Source of the DNA: Pseudomonadota bacterium
GTDB taxonomy: Bacteria > Bdellovibrionota_G > JALEGL01 > DATDPG01
DNA: 64,000 nucleotides
Direction: 5' to 3'
NCBI GenBank assembly: GCA_043809315.1
Contig: JAZDDX010000007.1
Coordinates: 1 to 64,000, forward strand
Shown here one piece after another: positions 8,554 through 18,411 of this stretch. Under the pieces are notes generated by a model. The model saw nothing but the letters and a program-made list of their open reading frames with translations, did no database searches and was not told where the DNA came from. Made by a program: the position numbers and the translations under genes. Numbering within the stretch: position 1 is the stretch's first letter; each line of letters opens with the position of its first letter.

Positions 8554-11500
8554 ATGTCTGCCGGTGTGACTGATCTCTTTTCCGCGAGTTTCTTTGCGAA
8601 CGCCGCCCTCTTTTCCCGTCGAGAAATCACGACGATCGGGAAACAGACCGAGATTCAAAAATTCTTCAGCCGCCTGTTCGTGGAGGATCCGTCCATCAAG
8701 ATCTCGCTCCTCAAGAACGGGATGGTCACGGAAACCACGATCTCCGCCGTACAAGGGCCGGAATTCGTCGAAGGAGTTCGGACCACTACGGAAAAAAAGG
8801 GTCCATTCTCCGTCGTGCTTCGTTGTCTCAACGAGGTCTATATCTTCGAACTCGGCGGGCCGGAAAGCGGCCTTCCGGAAAGGATCTACAAGGTCCACCG
8901 GCGGTTTTCCGATCGGTACTCGACGGGGGAGTTCAGCATAACGGCGAAGCTGCGCGACCCGAAGGGCAACTCCTTTTCAGGGAAATTGGTCGATTATTCC
9001 GACCGAGGATTTGGTTTTCTCTGCCCGACCGAGGCGGAGCAGGTTCCCCTTTTGGAGGAGATCGAGGCCGAGATCGCCGGCCAAGCTCCAGTAACTTTCA
9101 AGGGGGAGGTTGCGCATCTCACGGCAGACCCCGGGAAGAAGGATGTCCGGGTCGGTCTTCGGCTCACCCGCGCGGCCGATCCGTCGGCGCTCGCGGATTT
9201 CCAGCGTTCCCTTCTTCCGAAGCTTTTCCCGGCCGTCCGGGAGGCGCGTTCCGACGCCGATTTCGACCGCGTGGCCGATCTCCTCACCGTGATGGCGGGG
9301 GTGGCGCGTCTTCCTAACCGCGCCAACCTGATCGCTCTCTGGAAAAGCCTCGGCCAGGGTCCGGATCGCCCGGCCGAGGTCTTTCTCGAACAGCGCGCAG
9401 GAAAATCCGTCGCAACGATGACGGCCGCGCAGGTTTATTCCCGGACTTGCTTTCTCCACACGTTCGCCATCGAAAAGAAGGAGGCGTTCGCCCTCCCCGT
9501 CGAGATGTTCCATCGGATGCGGGATTTCGCCATGCGGGAGAAGGGAGCGGAGTTCGTCTGCGGGATGTGGCCGGCGGGGCACCGCTTCATGGAGCGGTAC
9601 TACGCCGAATTCGTCCGGCGCGATTTCGATCCGGCCGACCACCATTTCGAGACGGTGGAGGTGACAAGATTCACCTCTTCGGGGAATGGGAAGCGGAGTC
9701 CCAGGTTCGATGTCGCGACGGCGACCCGGGAGGAGGAGGCTACGGCCTGGGAGACGATCCGATCGACAGCTAGCCCGGTCCTGTTCGAAGCCGCCGACTG
9801 GGGAGAGAAAGATCTGTCGCTCCAGAAAGTCGGGGAGGCTTATCGGAAAGCGGGCCACCTCCGAAGCCGGGAAATCGTGGCGCTACGGGAGAAAGGGAAG
9901 CTCCTGGCCTTCGCGACGGTCGAATATTCGTCCGGCGGCGCGGGGGTTTTCGGCCTGGCGAACAGCTTCCGGATCTATTTCTGCGAGGGATCGGCGGTCG
10001 AGCAGCCAGCCATCGGGACCGCATTGATCACCGATGTGTTGGGACGGTACGCCGATCGGAAGATCCCGACCGGTTGTCTTTACGGAAACGAAAAGTTGGA
10101 TTGGCTCAAGGGGATTCCTGGGTTTGAAGCGGCTCTCGGCTCGGTGTCTCTTTGGATCGTGCGTCGGACACGGGCGAAGGCGTTTTTGCGACACCTGGAG
10201 CGGGTCAACTGGGAGCTTAGCCTGTTCCGCGGCGGCAAAACGCGGGTCCGCCCTTCCCTTCTCCAAGCGTTCGATTACCAGTCCGAACCGTTCAAACCGC
10301 GGAAGTGCATGCGACTGGAGGATGCGGCCGGGGTGGATGGAGTCTCGGGACGTCTGAAACGGGCGGGGGAGTCGGCCTGCCCGGTGCGCCTGGCGAACCT
10401 CGATACGTACGGCGCTTGTTTGATCCCGGAACAGCCGTTCAATGTGGAAGTCGGCGACGACTTCACGCTGGAGCTCAAGCTCGGGAATGCCCCTGAGATG
10501 ACGCTACAAGCGTTGGTGCGGTTTTCCGAGTCGCGGATCGCGCCCGGATTTCAGGCCCAGGCATTGGTGATTGGAATCGAATTCATCGGCGCTCCAATTG
10601 GCCATCTCGAAAGCATTCGCGACTTTGTGTTTTCACGCTTGAATCCAGAGGTTAAGTTGTTTTGCGCTGGCGATTTTGACCCCTTAGCTGAGTTGTTGCA
10701 ACGATCCAAATATCTCGACTACTTTGAATCCACCGATCATGAACGGATTATTCGAGAGGCAAAGCCAACTTTCGACGCGATCAACAAGCTTTACCCTGAT
10801 TTAGCGCGAGTCACCGTTCTTCGTTCGGATCGACTGGTCATTGGAAGTCATTCCTTCTTTCGAATGAACTCGCGAACGTGGCAGCTCCATCAATTAGCCG
10901 TTGATCCCGATTTGTCGCTTTACAAGAAAAAGATACCGACAAAGATCATCCTTCAAAGCACTTTTGAATATCTTTGCCTCGATCCAAGGATTGAGTACTT
11001 CGTCACGTATTTCAACGACGATGCAGCCATAGCTCGGGCCTATTTTGAAGCGGGGCAGAGTCACCACAATGCACGTGATGTGGCATTCGTGCCGACCAGG
11101 TGGACGCCTATCGAGCATATTGACGCCGCTCGCCCCCCTATCGCGTCTCGCAGCGCAGAGGCCACTTCCGAGGAGGTGGCTGCGATTTCTGACTATTTGA
11201 CGGCGATTGTTCCAAAACTTGAATATGAATCTCTTGAGTATTCGGACCCACTGCTTCGCAAATTCTTGAAACAGTGGACCAGTGAACCGATTGATCGTGT
11301 GAGGAAGGTTTTTGTTGCGCGGGACAAGAAAGGCGAAATTCGGGTATTTGTGCTCGCTAATCTATGTCCCCCTAGCCTAAACTTTCTTGGGGTGCTCGAT
11401 AATTTTCGTCTCTTTGAGGTGCCCTGGTGCAACGTCGACACGCGGCAGATGCGCCTAGATCTTGTTTCTCACACGCTCGACTACTATAAAAAGGCCGGCC

Positions 11501-11691
11501 GGGAACGGGCGTACTTTGAGATGGATGAACGTGATCCGGCAGACTACTCAGCTATCGGAATCAGCCCGGTTGGCCGAACCTGGAGACTAATTGCAAACAA
11601 GAGTGCCTTTCTGACAGCCCTTCAATTCTTCCTGGGCCGATACGGCCGACTCGAAGAGCGATTGATAGCGCAAGAGGGTAAGGGAAGATGA
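8554..11691 (+). CDS. Large protein with two tandem [PilZ + GNAT-like] modules
   Basis: PilZ1 RRFSDR/DYSDRG, PilZ2 RKCMR/NLDTYG; duplicated segments YSRTCFLHTFAI and NSRTWQLHQLAV; RBS GGAGG before 8554. The GNAT fold is an inference. Confidence 0.65.
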   Translation: MSAGVTDLFSASFFANAALFSRREITTIGKQTEIQKFFSRLFVEDPSIKISLLKNGMVTETTISAVQGPEFVEGVRTTTEKKGPFSVVLRCLNEVYIFELGGPESGLPERIYKVHRRFSDRYSTGEFSITAKLRDPKGNSFSGKLVDYSDRGFGFLCPTEAEQVPLLEEIEAEIAGQAPVTFKGEVAHLTADPGKKDVRVGLRLTRAADPSALADFQRSLLPKLFPAVREARSDADFDRVADLLTVMAGVARLPNRANLIALWKSLGQGPDRPAEVFLEQRAGKSVATMTAAQVYSRTCFLHTFAIEKKEAFALPVEMFHRMRDFAMREKGAEFVCGMWPAGHRFMERYYAEFVRRDFDPADHHFETVEVTRFTSSGNGKRSPRFDVATATREEEATAWETIRSTASPVLFEAADWGEKDLSLQKVGEAYRKAGHLRSREIVALREKGKLLAFATVEYSSGGAGVFGLANSFRIYFCEGSAVEQPAIGTALITDVLGRYADRKIPTGCLYGNEKLDWLKGIPGFEAALGSVSLWIVRRTRAKAFLRHLERVNWELSLFRGGKTRVRPSLLQAFDYQSEPFKPRKCMRLEDAAGVDGVSGRLKRAGESACPVRLANLDTYGACLIPEQPFNVEVGDDFTLELKLGNAPEMTLQALVRFSESRIAPGFQAQALVIGIEFIGAPIGHLESIRDFVFSRLNPEVKLFCAGDFDPLAELLQRSKYLDYFESTDHERIIREAKPTFDAINKLYPDLARVTVLRSDRLVIGSHSFFRMNSRTWQLHQLAVDPDLSLYKKKIPTKIILQSTFEYLCLDPRIEYFVTYFNDDAAIARAYFEAGQSHHNARDVAFVPTRWTPIEHIDAARPPIASRSAEATSEEVAAISDYLTAIVPKLEYESLEYSDPLLRKFLKQWTSEPIDRVRKVFVARDKKGEIRVFVLANLCPPSLNFLGVLDNFRLFEVPWCNVDTRQMRLDLVSHTLDYYKKAGRERAYFEMDERDPADYSAIGISPVGRTWRLIANKSAFLTALQFFLGRYGRLEERLIAQEGKGR

Positions 11692-14600
11692 TGACTGCGA
11701 CTTTAGCAAGCAGGATCCGACTTGGCTTTACCTGGCTAGCGATCGGTCTGGCGGCTCTTTCATCTCCGCCAGCCCATGCCGGTCAAAATATCGACCGACA
11801 CGGTTTGTTCCAATCGTTACCCTCGGCAGTCCGTTATCATGAAGGGGATTCAACGGCCTGGAAAGACCCTGCTTTCGACGATCAGTCATGGCCGCAAGTC
11901 AAGATCCCAGCGGATTTGAACTTATCCAAAGCGAACTCGGACGGACGCTACTGGTATCGAATCACATTCGTTGGCTTTCACGACGATATGCGCGATCCAG
12001 CTGTGTTTCTCGGTCAGATTGCCGATATCGACGAGACTTATCTAAATGGATGCCACATTGGGCAGACCGGTGATTTCTATCCCCACGGAAATGCACCCCT
12101 TCATCTGAACCGTATCTATCGAATTCCTGAAAAGTGCTTTTTCAAGGGCGGTCGCAATGTTCTGGCGATCCGTGGGCAAAGCATTTGGGGCCTGCATGCA
12201 GGAATCTACAAGGGACAGGCAGGGATTGGGGAGTATCGCGCATTCAAGAGGGCTGCTGATCGAGACTATTTTTTCGGAACAACCCTCAGCCTTCTGATGG
12301 CGTTTTTCAGTATCGTAATGGGTCTTTACCATCTGTTTCTTTATTTCCGGCTGCCGGTCAAGCGAGCTAATCTTCTGTACTTCTTCTTCTCCCTGACGAG
12401 CAGCTATTTCATGGTCTCTTTGGGCCTTAAGACGGTCGAATGGTTCAGTAGCCCAATCTTAGTGATTCGACTTCACGCCCTCGCTGGCATCGCAACCATC
12501 ATGCTTCTTCACGTCTATTGTCTGATCGCCACAAAGAGATCGTACAGACGATTTGATTATGGGCTCTTTGCTTTGAACGCGTTGGTCTTCCTGGCCATCC
12601 TGGTACCAGGGAACTATCATCGCGTATATGGGATCTTCAACGGTTGGTACCCGATCGTATTGGTCTCGCTCGTTTATCTAGCCACAATATCCATTCAAGC
12701 GGTTCATCACGGCAGACGAGACCTCTTGTTTTTGGCCAGTGCGCTGGTCTTTGGCTTTGGAACGGCTTTTCTCGATGTCTTATACGGACTTGGAATTGTT
12801 AAGTTCGGCCAGGTATCGGCGGTCGGATTCTTTGTACTCAATCTAGGAATCATGTTCTCGCTTGCCTATGAATTTACCGGCGCTTATCTCAACGTGGAGC
12901 AGAAGGTCGCGGACCGTACGCAGGATTTGGCCATCGCCAATGAACATCTCCGCGATCTGGAAAAGATGAAGGCGAAGTTCTTCACGAACGTCTCGCACGA
13001 TTTCAAGACACCTCTTGCGATCGCCTTTTCGCACATCGAGGAAGCCCGAAGGCAAGCCAGCGAGGCGATCCGGGCCCCCTTGGAAGGGGCCGGGAACGCC
13101 CTCAACAAGCTCCTGGGAATGGTGACCGACCTCCTCGACACCATGCGGGCGGATTCGGGAGCATTAAAGCTCCGCTGGGAAACCGCTTCGCCGGCCGATC
13201 TCGTCCGTGTCTGGGCCTCTTCCTACAACTCCCTTTGCGCCCAAAAGGGGCTCGCGCTCGACGTTCAAATCGATGTGCCGGACACACTCAGGATCCCCCT
13301 CGACGTTGCGAAAATAGAACGGGTCTTTGCAAACCTGATGTCGAACGCCATCAAATTCACTGACTCCGGGTCGATCCGCGTACGGGTTCGGAGCAACGCC
13401 GCCAACATTCATTTCGAGATTTCCGACTCCGGCCCCGGAATCCCGAAGGAGGAACGCGAAAGAATCTTCGATCGGTTCTACCAGGGGTTCAACACGGCGC
13501 TGCGGGACCATGGTGGTTCGGGGATCGGCCTCTCGTTCGTCAAGGATGTCGTTGACGCCCACAGTGGAAGAGTCTGGGTCGACGAAGCCAAGCCATCAGG
13601 GAGCACCTTCACCGTCGCGCTTCCGATCGCTCAGGATGTCGAGATCACCGGCGAGCATAGGATCAGCGGCGACGACCTCAGATTGATCCCCCCCAAGGGA
13701 TCGGTCGACGTCCCCTACCCTCCCTCGGAGCCTCCCATTGTCGACCCGAAGCGCCCGAAGGTCCTGGTCGTCGAGGACAATCCGGAGATCGCCCAAGCCC
13801 TTTTCAATTCCCTGCGGAACGACTTCGTCCTCTATTTCGCGCCGAACGGCGCCGAGGCGATTAAGATTCTCGGACGGACCCGTCCCGACGGGATCCTCAC
13901 CGACCTCATGATGCCGGTGATGGATGGAACCGAACTCTTGAAAAAGCTCCGCTCGGAACCGAAGTGGAAAGGAATCCCCGTCGTGATCCTCTCCTCCAAA
14001 GGGGAAGACGACGACATCGTCGAGCATTTGAAGCTCGGCGCTCAGGATTACGTTTCCAAACCGTTCCGCAGAGACGTCCTGATCGCTCGGCTAAGCGCCC
14101 AGATCGAGCGCCGGAGATTGTTCGAACGCCTTTTGAACGCTGACAAGATGGTGACCATGGGGCTTCTTTCGTCCGGGATTTCACACGAGTTACGGAACCC
14201 GTTAGGCCAGGCCCAGACAAGCGTCGCCTTTGTGACGGCGACCGTCCGTGCAGCGCCAGAGACGCCGCCCAAGTTGGTGGCGGCGGCCGAACTTGCCGAG
14301 CGCGCCATCACCCGGATGCGTGGCATCGTCGAAAGCATGCGCGGTTTCGCCTCGGGGTCCCAGCAACGAGGGGAGTTGAACCTCAAGGAACTAATCGAAG
14401 AGGCCGTCACGCTCGTGGCGGGGAAGGCCAAAAAGAGAGGGGCGCAGGTCACCGTGATGCGGGCCGACCCTGTCAAACTCCTGGGATACTCGACCCTCCA
14501 CCAGGTTCTGGTGAACCTTCTCGACAACGCGATCGACGCCTGCGAGGAGTTCAAGGGGGAGATCGGCATCTCCTGCGAGCAAACGAACGACGGAAGCCGG

Positions 14601-14873
14601 ATCACGGTCAAGGACAACGGCTCGGGAATCCGCCCCGATGTCCTGCCGCATATCTTCGATCCATACATGACGACCAAACCGCCGGATCAGGGGACCGGCC
14701 TCGGGCTCTTCATCGTCCGGCAGATCGTCGAGCTCCAACATGGCGGAAAGATCTCCGTCGACTCCACGATCGGACGGGGGGCCCTCTTCTCGGTTGAGCT
14801 CCCGGCCGAGGCGCCCGTTATGGAGGTCGAGGGGGTCAAACTCTTTCACGGCTACGACTTGGGCGTGAGCTGA
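11688..14873 (+). CDS. Hybrid sensor histidine kinase: sugar-binding jelly-roll + 7TM (DISM-like) + HisKA/HATPase + REC + second HisKA/HATPase
   Basis: WKDPAFDDQSW, LGQIADIDETYLNG; about 7 TM helices; SHDFKTPL/NAIKFT/DSGPGI; VVEDN..DLMMPVMDG; SHELRNPL/NAIDA/GTGLGL; ATGA overlap with the upstream gene. Confidence 0.9.
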   Translation: MMTATLASRIRLGFTWLAIGLAALSSPPAHAGQNIDRHGLFQSLPSAVRYHEGDSTAWKDPAFDDQSWPQVKIPADLNLSKANSDGRYWYRITFVGFHDDMRDPAVFLGQIADIDETYLNGCHIGQTGDFYPHGNAPLHLNRIYRIPEKCFFKGGRNVLAIRGQSIWGLHAGIYKGQAGIGEYRAFKRAADRDYFFGTTLSLLMAFFSIVMGLYHLFLYFRLPVKRANLLYFFFSLTSSYFMVSLGLKTVEWFSSPILVIRLHALAGIATIMLLHVYCLIATKRSYRRFDYGLFALNALVFLAILVPGNYHRVYGIFNGWYPIVLVSLVYLATISIQAVHHGRRDLLFLASALVFGFGTAFLDVLYGLGIVKFGQVSAVGFFVLNLGIMFSLAYEFTGAYLNVEQKVADRTQDLAIANEHLRDLEKMKAKFFTNVSHDFKTPLAIAFSHIEEARRQASEAIRAPLEGAGNALNKLLGMVTDLLDTMRADSGALKLRWETASPADLVRVWASSYNSLCAQKGLALDVQIDVPDTLRIPLDVAKIERVFANLMSNAIKFTDSGSIRVRVRSNAANIHFEISDSGPGIPKEERERIFDRFYQGFNTALRDHGGSGIGLSFVKDVVDAHSGRVWVDEAKPSGSTFTVALPIAQDVEITGEHRISGDDLRLIPPKGSVDVPYPPSEPPIVDPKRPKVLVVEDNPEIAQALFNSLRNDFVLYFAPNGAEAIKILGRTRPDGILTDLMMPVMDGTELLKKLRSEPKWKGIPVVILSSKGEDDDIVEHLKLGAQDYVSKPFRRDVLIARLSAQIERRRLFERLLNADKMVTMGLLSSGISHELRNPLGQAQTSVAFVTATVRAAPETPPKLVAAAELAERAITRMRGIVESMRGFASGSQQRGELNLKELIEEAVTLVAGKAKKRGAQVTVMRADPVKLLGYSTLHQVLVNLLDNAIDACEEFKGEIGISCEQTNDGSRITVKDNGSGIRPDVLPHIFDPYMTTKPPDQGTGLGLFIVRQIVELQHGGKISVDSTIGRGALFSVELPAEAPVMEVEGVKLFHGYDLGVS

Positions 14874-14874
14874 C

Positions 14875-15309
14875 ATGAAAACCCGACCGCTTCGAGTTCT
14901 GGTTCTGGACGATGAGATCGACAATATCCGGATCTTGGAGGTCGTCCTCGGTGAGAGGTGGAAGATCCGAGGGATCACGGATGTCGACGATCTGTACCAG
15001 GGGCGGGTCCGTCTCGAGGATTATGACGTTCTCTTTCTCGATCTCGTTCTGGTGGCATCCAAGGACTGGCAGGTGACCCCAACAGGCCCGGATCCGAAAT
15101 TGGGATACCAGGTCCTCCAGTGGGTGACCCACAAGATCAAGGGGTACCCGGTCGTGGTCCTAAGCGCCGCCCTGAACGAAGAACGCTTGAAGATGTTCCA
15201 AGAGGCCGCGGCAAAGAATGTTCTTTGTGTCCCGAAACCTGCGGACCTTCATGCGCCCGAATTCCAGGAGATGGTCGAAAGGTTCGTCGCTTCCGTTCCG
15301 AGAAACTGA
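14875..15309 (+). CDS. Single-domain response regulator
   Basis: VLVLDDE, FLDL (phospho-Asp), VVLSA, KP. Confidence 0.8.
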   Translation: MKTRPLRVLVLDDEIDNIRILEVVLGERWKIRGITDVDDLYQGRVRLEDYDVLFLDLVLVASKDWQVTPTGPDPKLGYQVLQWVTHKIKGYPVVVLSAALNEERLKMFQEAAAKNVLCVPKPADLHAPEFQEMVERFVASVPRN

Positions 15310-15387
15310 CGTCCCGGTCCGCAAAGTTCCGCAAATCAGGATCTTGAGACGTTCAACCCGAATGATTTCCAGGACTTAAAATTTTTT

Positions 15388-15403
15388 TGGCGGAGAGGGC
15401 GGG
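15388..15403 (-). repeat. att direct repeat (B/A junction): tRNA-Ser(GGA) 3' end copy
   Basis: TGGCGGAGAGGGCGGG, identical to 18412-18427. Confidence 0.88.
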
Positions 15404-15908
15404 GATCTAATCCGCGCCTCGTAACCACTCCAAGAAAAAGGACAATACTGTCACATCAATAGGATGTCGATTCGACATCTCATCCGAGCACATCGGTTTA
15501 CACGGATTCACAGGGTCACCTGTTACCGAAATGTTACCGCAATCAATCATTCCCCTCCTCCACCCCCTGCTCCTGTTTGTTGGCAACGAAAAGGCGGAGA
15601 GAACTCAAGCTGAAATACACGATTCCCACGCAGTTCTTTCAGAGTTCACTGGAAAGAACTCCGTAGGAACTCAGGTCAAAACGATAAGTGTTCAAATCCA
15701 CACCTCAAAGGACGGGCCCCTGGAACTTTTTCCTCTCGCATTTTCCGCCGACCACGCCCCCCCTACCATGTAAGAAAGTGATTTGGGGGGTCGTGGTCGG
15801 TGCAAGAATGCTCGTGGTTTGGGTAAGGGGCACGAAGGAGCTCTGTGATTCAAGAATAGGGTCTTCAGGTTGATAGAAGTTGGATAGTTTTGCCGATGGT
15901 TTGAAGTT
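15404..15908. repeat. About 500-bp non-coding element backbone, paralogous to about 29020-29557
   Basis: Shared blocks such as AACTTTTTCCTCTCGCATTTTCCGCCGACCAC, GTGGTCGGTGCAAGAATGCTCG and GGTCACCTGTTACCGAAATGTTACCG. Confidence 0.9.
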
Positions 15909-16749
15909 CGTCCCAGGCCTGAATAAAGCGGAAATGTTCAAAGTCGTTCGATCTCAGTACGGGGCGGAGATCGGTTGTTGTTTGTCGCTCGAATTCGAGA
16001 TGCCGGGCTTCGCTAACGTCGATTGGCGGAGTCCCCGGTATGGCCAGCTTCTTCAAGACGAGTTCACGGAAGCTTTCTGCCTCGATATCGAAGAGCTTCG
16101 AAGTCAGCGCTCGGTGGATGTCGTAAAGGTCCCGAATGGCCGGCGTTTCCCGCGTAAGTGCTGCCCGCAGCTTTTCTGCATAGGCCTCCTGCCTTGAGAG
16201 AGCTGTGGCCGTGAATGGCTCGATTACTGGCTTTTGACGGAACGGATCTTGAAGGAGGGTTTTCAGGTTCTGCGGCCTTGGTTCAAACACCTTTTCCCGC
16301 AACCCCACCTGAAACAGGAGGGTTTGAGGTTCCGGCCCAAGGATCGAGCGATACTCCAGAATCCCGTTGTATTGCTGAGATTCATTGGACCCCCTTAGGT
16401 CTTCCCGGACCTTCACTCCGGGTATCCGCTCGGGCAGATCTGAAAAGATCGCCTTTGGTTGTCCGGCCAACTTTTTTCTCTCCGCGCGTTTGGTTTCGTC
16501 CCGAACGGAGATCGAAAAATCGAGGTCCTCGCTCAGCCGGGAAAAGTCCGTGTACGCCTTGTTGAGAAGAGTTCCTCCCTTGAACACAAGGGAAGTTTCC
16601 AAGGTTTCATACACAACCTTAAGAACGACGGAGCAGAAATAATCTTTTTCGATCAGTTCTGGAGCGAATTTCTCGTTTGCGGCGGTGGAAGAAACGGCCG
16701 AACGGAAGAACTCCGTATCCTCATGTGGCCAGGGCTGGGATTTCACCAT
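15865..16749 (-). CDS. AbiEii-family nucleotidyltransferase toxin (type IV TA)
   Basis: IEKDY, LVFKGGTLLNK, RLSEDLDF, AEKLRA, RDLYD. Confidence 0.9.
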   Translation of the reverse strand: MVKSQPWPHEDTEFFRSAVSSTAANEKFAPELIEKDYFCSVVLKVVYETLETSLVFKGGTLLNKAYTDFSRLSEDLDFSISVRDETKRAERKKLAGQPKAIFSDLPERIPGVKVREDLRGSNESQQYNGILEYRSILGPEPQTLLFQVGLREKVFEPRPQNLKTLLQDPFRQKPVIEPFTATALSRQEAYAEKLRAALTRETPAIRDLYDIHRALTSKLFDIEAESFRELVLKKLAIPGTPPIDVSEARHLEFERQTTTDLRPVLRSNDFEHFRFIQAWDELQTIGKTIQLLST

Positions 16750-17554
16750 TTACAATTACCCCCCACTTACGGTCCAAAAATCCCCGCGCGGGTTTCCCGG
16801 GAATCAGAGGAATCAAGGATGTTGCCCGAGGAATCGCCGCTCGGAGTTTGTTCAACCATCGTGGATTCACCTTCAGTGAATCCAGGACATAGCCCAGGCG
16901 ACGTTTCGTGCCAACGTTTCCATAGGCAAGGGTCATTTCAACGAGTTTCCGTATTGTGTTTCGATCACTCTGCTTGCTGGCTATCCAGCTATATGCACGA
17001 GGTATGGTCCCGAAAATTTCGTAGTCATAAACGGCGTCCAGGAGCGTGCGTGGAAGTGAACTTATGGAGATGCTGATCGGTGTGCCGGTTTCGGTTGTGA
17101 TTGAAAAGAGTTCGTCGCCGCCGAGACGTTCCGGGGCAACTCGAATAAAAACAAAGCTCAGGCCTGCGATCGTTCTTTTGCCCGAAAGCACGGTGTTGAA
17201 AACGGTGATTTCGTTCGGTACTTGGGTTTCAAGGCTATACCTTTGGAACGCCGCCATTCCCGTTACTTGGTACTTGGCGCTTTGTTCCTCCATTAGTGCG
17301 ACCAGGATTCGGTACGGAGAGGGAAGCCACCTACCACCCGCTGGGATTCCATTGGGGACGAGATAAAGGCCCCGTCTCACCTGAATAAGCAGCCCTTTTC
17401 GACCCATGTTGCGAAAGAGATTGGCCTCCTGGATTCGGGTAAGGCCCAGCGCCTGGACGAGATCCCCCGTTCGAACCTTTTCGGTCCGTTTCACCTGTAC
17501 CCAGGACAGAAATCGGGTCTCCAGGGAGCCGAGCTTCAGTGAGTTAGACTTCAT
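16721..17554 (-). CDS. AbiEi-family antitoxin/transcription regulator
   Basis: KGLLIQVRRGLY, A...YSLETQVP, RTLLDAV, RRLGYVL, WGVIVN; overlaps abiEii. Confidence 0.85.
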   Translation of the reverse strand: MKSNSLKLGSLETRFLSWVQVKRTEKVRTGDLVQALGLTRIQEANLFRNMGRKGLLIQVRRGLYLVPNGIPAGGRWLPSPYRILVALMEEQSAKYQVTGMAAFQRYSLETQVPNEITVFNTVLSGKRTIAGLSFVFIRVAPERLGGDELFSITTETGTPISISISSLPRTLLDAVYDYEIFGTIPRAYSWIASKQSDRNTIRKLVEMTLAYGNVGTKRRLGYVLDSLKVNPRWLNKLRAAIPRATSLIPLIPGKPARGFLDRKWGVIVNGEIPALAT

Positions 17555-17667
17555 TGTATATTAGTATATTCGTCTATTAAACGAATTACAAGATATAGCA
17601 TGTATTCACGGACACAAAGTTCGACACGTCACGTAGACATAGATATGAGGTTGATAGATCAAAAAGA

Positions 17668-18330
17668 GTGGAAGAAATGGAACAAAATAGCTCCAGGAAC
17701 GGTCTTTCGCGTTGGCAACGGCTCGGAGCTGTTGCGGGTGGAGCAACGGCATTGATTCTTGGAGTCTCCTATACCCTCTTCGGCGCATATACAGCCGGAA
17801 ACGCCATCGGCACGGTAACAATTCTTATCTTTGCGGTAGTTCCTTCTGCCGTGATTTCGTCGGTTGTCGGGACATTGGGAGGTTGGAGTGTTGCCACCAT
17901 AGCCTGGGTTTGTTACCGAATCTTCCGACGAGATTTTAGCAATCAAGAACGATTAGAATTCAAATGGCTTCAGGTCGCGGTTGCTATCGTAATAGCCGTC
18001 GTTCTTGTTCTGGGAGCCATGCGAGTTCAGGATGACTTGAGGTGGCAACGTATCGCAGCATCCAAGACATCTACAGAACGTGAACTACGAGATTCGTATC
18101 AAAGGGCACTCTCAGGGACTTCTCTGGAAGATCAAATCTTCATTACCGTGTTTAGTGTGTTGTTTCCCGGTTCCATGTCACACCAAGAACCGTATCAAGA
18201 TCGGGGAATCATGTTCAATCTTGCTGATAATCCCAATTGCCCGAAAGACGTCTTGTTGGAAATGACTAGATCCAATGATCCTCGAATCCGATCCCGCGCA
18301 GAGGCAAAAGCCGGAACAACTTCGAAGTAG
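17668..18330 (+). CDS. Hypothetical membrane protein (3 TM, C-terminal HEAT-like LAxNPNCP repeat)
   Basis: Hydrophobic N-terminal half; LADNPNCPKDVL; sits where island C has its integrase. Confidence 0.65.
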   Translation: MEEMEQNSSRNGLSRWQRLGAVAGGATALILGVSYTLFGAYTAGNAIGTVTILIFAVVPSAVISSVVGTLGGWSVATIAWVCYRIFRRDFSNQERLEFKWLQVAVAIVIAVVLVLGAMRVQDDLRWQRIAASKTSTERELRDSYQRALSGTSLEDQIFITVFSVLFPGSMSHQEPYQDRGIMFNLADNPNCPKDVLLEMTRSNDPRIRSRAEAKAGTTSK

Positions 18331-18411
18331 GGAAGACCTGTTACCGTTTGTTACCGAAACGGTGTTTTGGGTAGTTGCGATCTGAATGTTTTCAGGGAGT
18401 TAAAACTTTTT

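Larger units (their letters stand above)
7419..15403. mobile_element. Island B: integrase-less island stacked at tRNA-Ser(GGA), with signalling cargo
   Basis: Bounded by tRNA 3' copies at 7419 and 15388; GTTCCGCAA-type tandem repeats at both ends (7551-7571, 15316-15335). Confidence 0.8.

Noticed and set aside
15593-15601. GGCGGAGAG (also near 29207) as additional att sites
   Set aside because: Only 9 bp, lacks the CCA-end T and the arm/IHF context; it is part of the shared backbone.
15688-15941. Small ORFs duplicated at 29335-29567 as protein genes
   Set aside because: No convincing starts, different ends, and conservation centred on a covarying hairpin; a non-coding explanation fits better, though not proven.
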